A DNA stretch of 64,000 nt, taken from the sequence record PQ657772.1; one strand, given 5' to 3'. The number at the start of each line of letters is the position of its first letter. Within the stretch, counting starts at the first letter, position 1. The notes beneath the pieces were generated by a model that was not told the DNA's origin, did not search any database, and worked only from the letters and a program-made list of their open reading frames with translations. Below, one piece after another: positions 63,082-64,000 of the stretch. The translations under genes were made by a program, and so were the position numbers.

Positions 63082-64000
63082 ATGTCAAGATCGATTGCTG
63101 CTGCTGGACAATATAAGTTCGGTGAATGTGGATATGTAGTCGATGGTGCAATTCTCAACGATGGGACTAAACTCAAAAATGTTCGAATCTATCGTCAGAG
63201 AAGCCATAGATTATATGATTTACTTGATCCTGTAAGTAATGTAATTTATCGTAAAGTACAAATTACAACAAAGGATATACAAGGATATCAATTAAACTAC
63301 AACAAAACTAATGACCAAATCCTAAGTGAAATAAGAAAGAACTCTTTTTTCGTAAGAGGATACTCAGATGCTAAACTTGAATCAGATCCTACTGGGTTTG
63401 TTTATAAGTTTCTTTTGCACAAAACAATTCTAGGTAGTTCACAAACACTATATAATATGTACACCCCTGAATGCGGGATTATAGATAGAGATATAGACAA
63501 CATCCTTATGTTCCCAACGTTCGTAGGTGATGATTTGGTAGGTGGTCGCCTATTCAACGCAGGTTCAGCCATTGATACAACTGGAATGCGTATTACCGTT
63601 ATACTTCCTGACGGAACCGAGTACTTCACAACTGAAATAATTGATGATGTTTTTAGTATTCCAGTTGATCCAATTACTCAATCCGGTAAAGGAACCATCA
63701 TACTCACTTCTGACATATATAATACCAAAACTATTGAATTTGATATACTAGAAAGCGGCGAAGATATTGACTTCGTTACTTCAGTACTTCTATCTCAGTT
63801 TGAGTACACGTCCGATGGTATGTACGTGGCAACTGTACCAGCTACTGTGCATGAACGTGGTGAGTATCTTGCTCTACAAGCATACAGTGGTGATTTATTC
63901 CAAATTGGAGTAGACCTCATTGTAGATCCTAGCGGTAATATTACTGTGTACCAAACTGATGATGCTCCAATCTCATTGAGTATTATTGGTAAAACCTTAC
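63082..64000 (+). CDS. probable virion structural protein (truncated by window end)
   Basis: hand-translated open frame MSRSIAAAGQYKFG...; GGAGG RBS; beta-rich acidic C-part; no stop in window. Confidence 0.7.
   Translation, partial: MSRSIAAAGQYKFGECGYVVDGAILNDGTKLKNVRIYRQRSHRLYDLLDPVSNVIYRKVQITTKDIQGYQLNYNKTNDQILSEIRKNSFFVRGYSDAKLESDPTGFVYKFLLHKTILGSSQTLYNMYTPECGIIDRDIDNILMFPTFVGDDLVGGRLFNAGSAIDTTGMRITVILPDGTEYFTTEIIDDVFSIPVDPITQSGKGTIILTSDIYNTKTIEFDILESGEDIDFVTSVLLSQFEYTSDGMYVATVPATVHERGEYLALQAYSGDLFQIGVDLIVDPSGNITVYQTDDAPISLSIIGKTL

Noticed and set aside
1915-63629. Opposite-strand or alternative-frame ORFs (e.g. 1915, 5148, 8952, 10313-10683, 17476, 25631, 39955, 42093, 44999, 56794, 58317, 61663, 63402)
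   Set aside because: They overlap better-supported genes or regulatory elements and lack RBS and promoter; treated as shadow ORFs.
1-64000. tRNA, tmRNA or rRNA genes
   Set aside because: No cloverleaf with T-arm and CCA found by eye; GGTTCAAAC at ~57140 lacks a T-stem. tRNAscan/ARAGORN would settle it.

Overview
Gene-dense, AT-rich 64 kb segment that looks like a large lytic enterobacterial phage. The layout resembles ~350-kb Rak2/121Q/GAP32-type jumbo myoviruses, but that is inference and could not be checked here. No capsid, terminase, polymerase or tRNA genes are recognisable. Layout: (1) 1-10.7 kb is an early region of ~22 minus-strand promoter/5'-hairpin/small-ORF cassettes. It includes a divergent H-NS-like protein and 8 promoter-driven ORF-less two-hairpin elements (candidate sRNAs). 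(2) 10.7-12 kb is ORF-free, with periodic 8-mer and phased TGATTAC repeats (candidate genome end, origin or packaging site). (3) 12-16.8 kb holds 21 tandem ~60-aa paralogs. (4) 16.9-33.5 kb holds 13 RCC1-type beta-propeller genes (one frameshifted). All 13 share an N-terminal MLPFxRxxxYGN-type tag; nearly all also have their own TAAATA-N3-TATAAT promoter and AGTAC-hairpin terminator. (5) 33.5-63 kb is a minus-strand accessory region: membrane and periplasmic paralog families, AAA+ ATPase, denV, three HNH nucleases, a minimal kinase, Imm-like proteins, lipoproteins, a ~430-nt ORF-free structured region, a sigma70-family factor, an HslV-like protease and a PD-(D/E)XK nuclease. (6) A probable structural gene runs off the right end. 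The palindrome AGTACT is strongly over-represented throughout. Product calls come from motifs read by eye; no database searches or folding were run.
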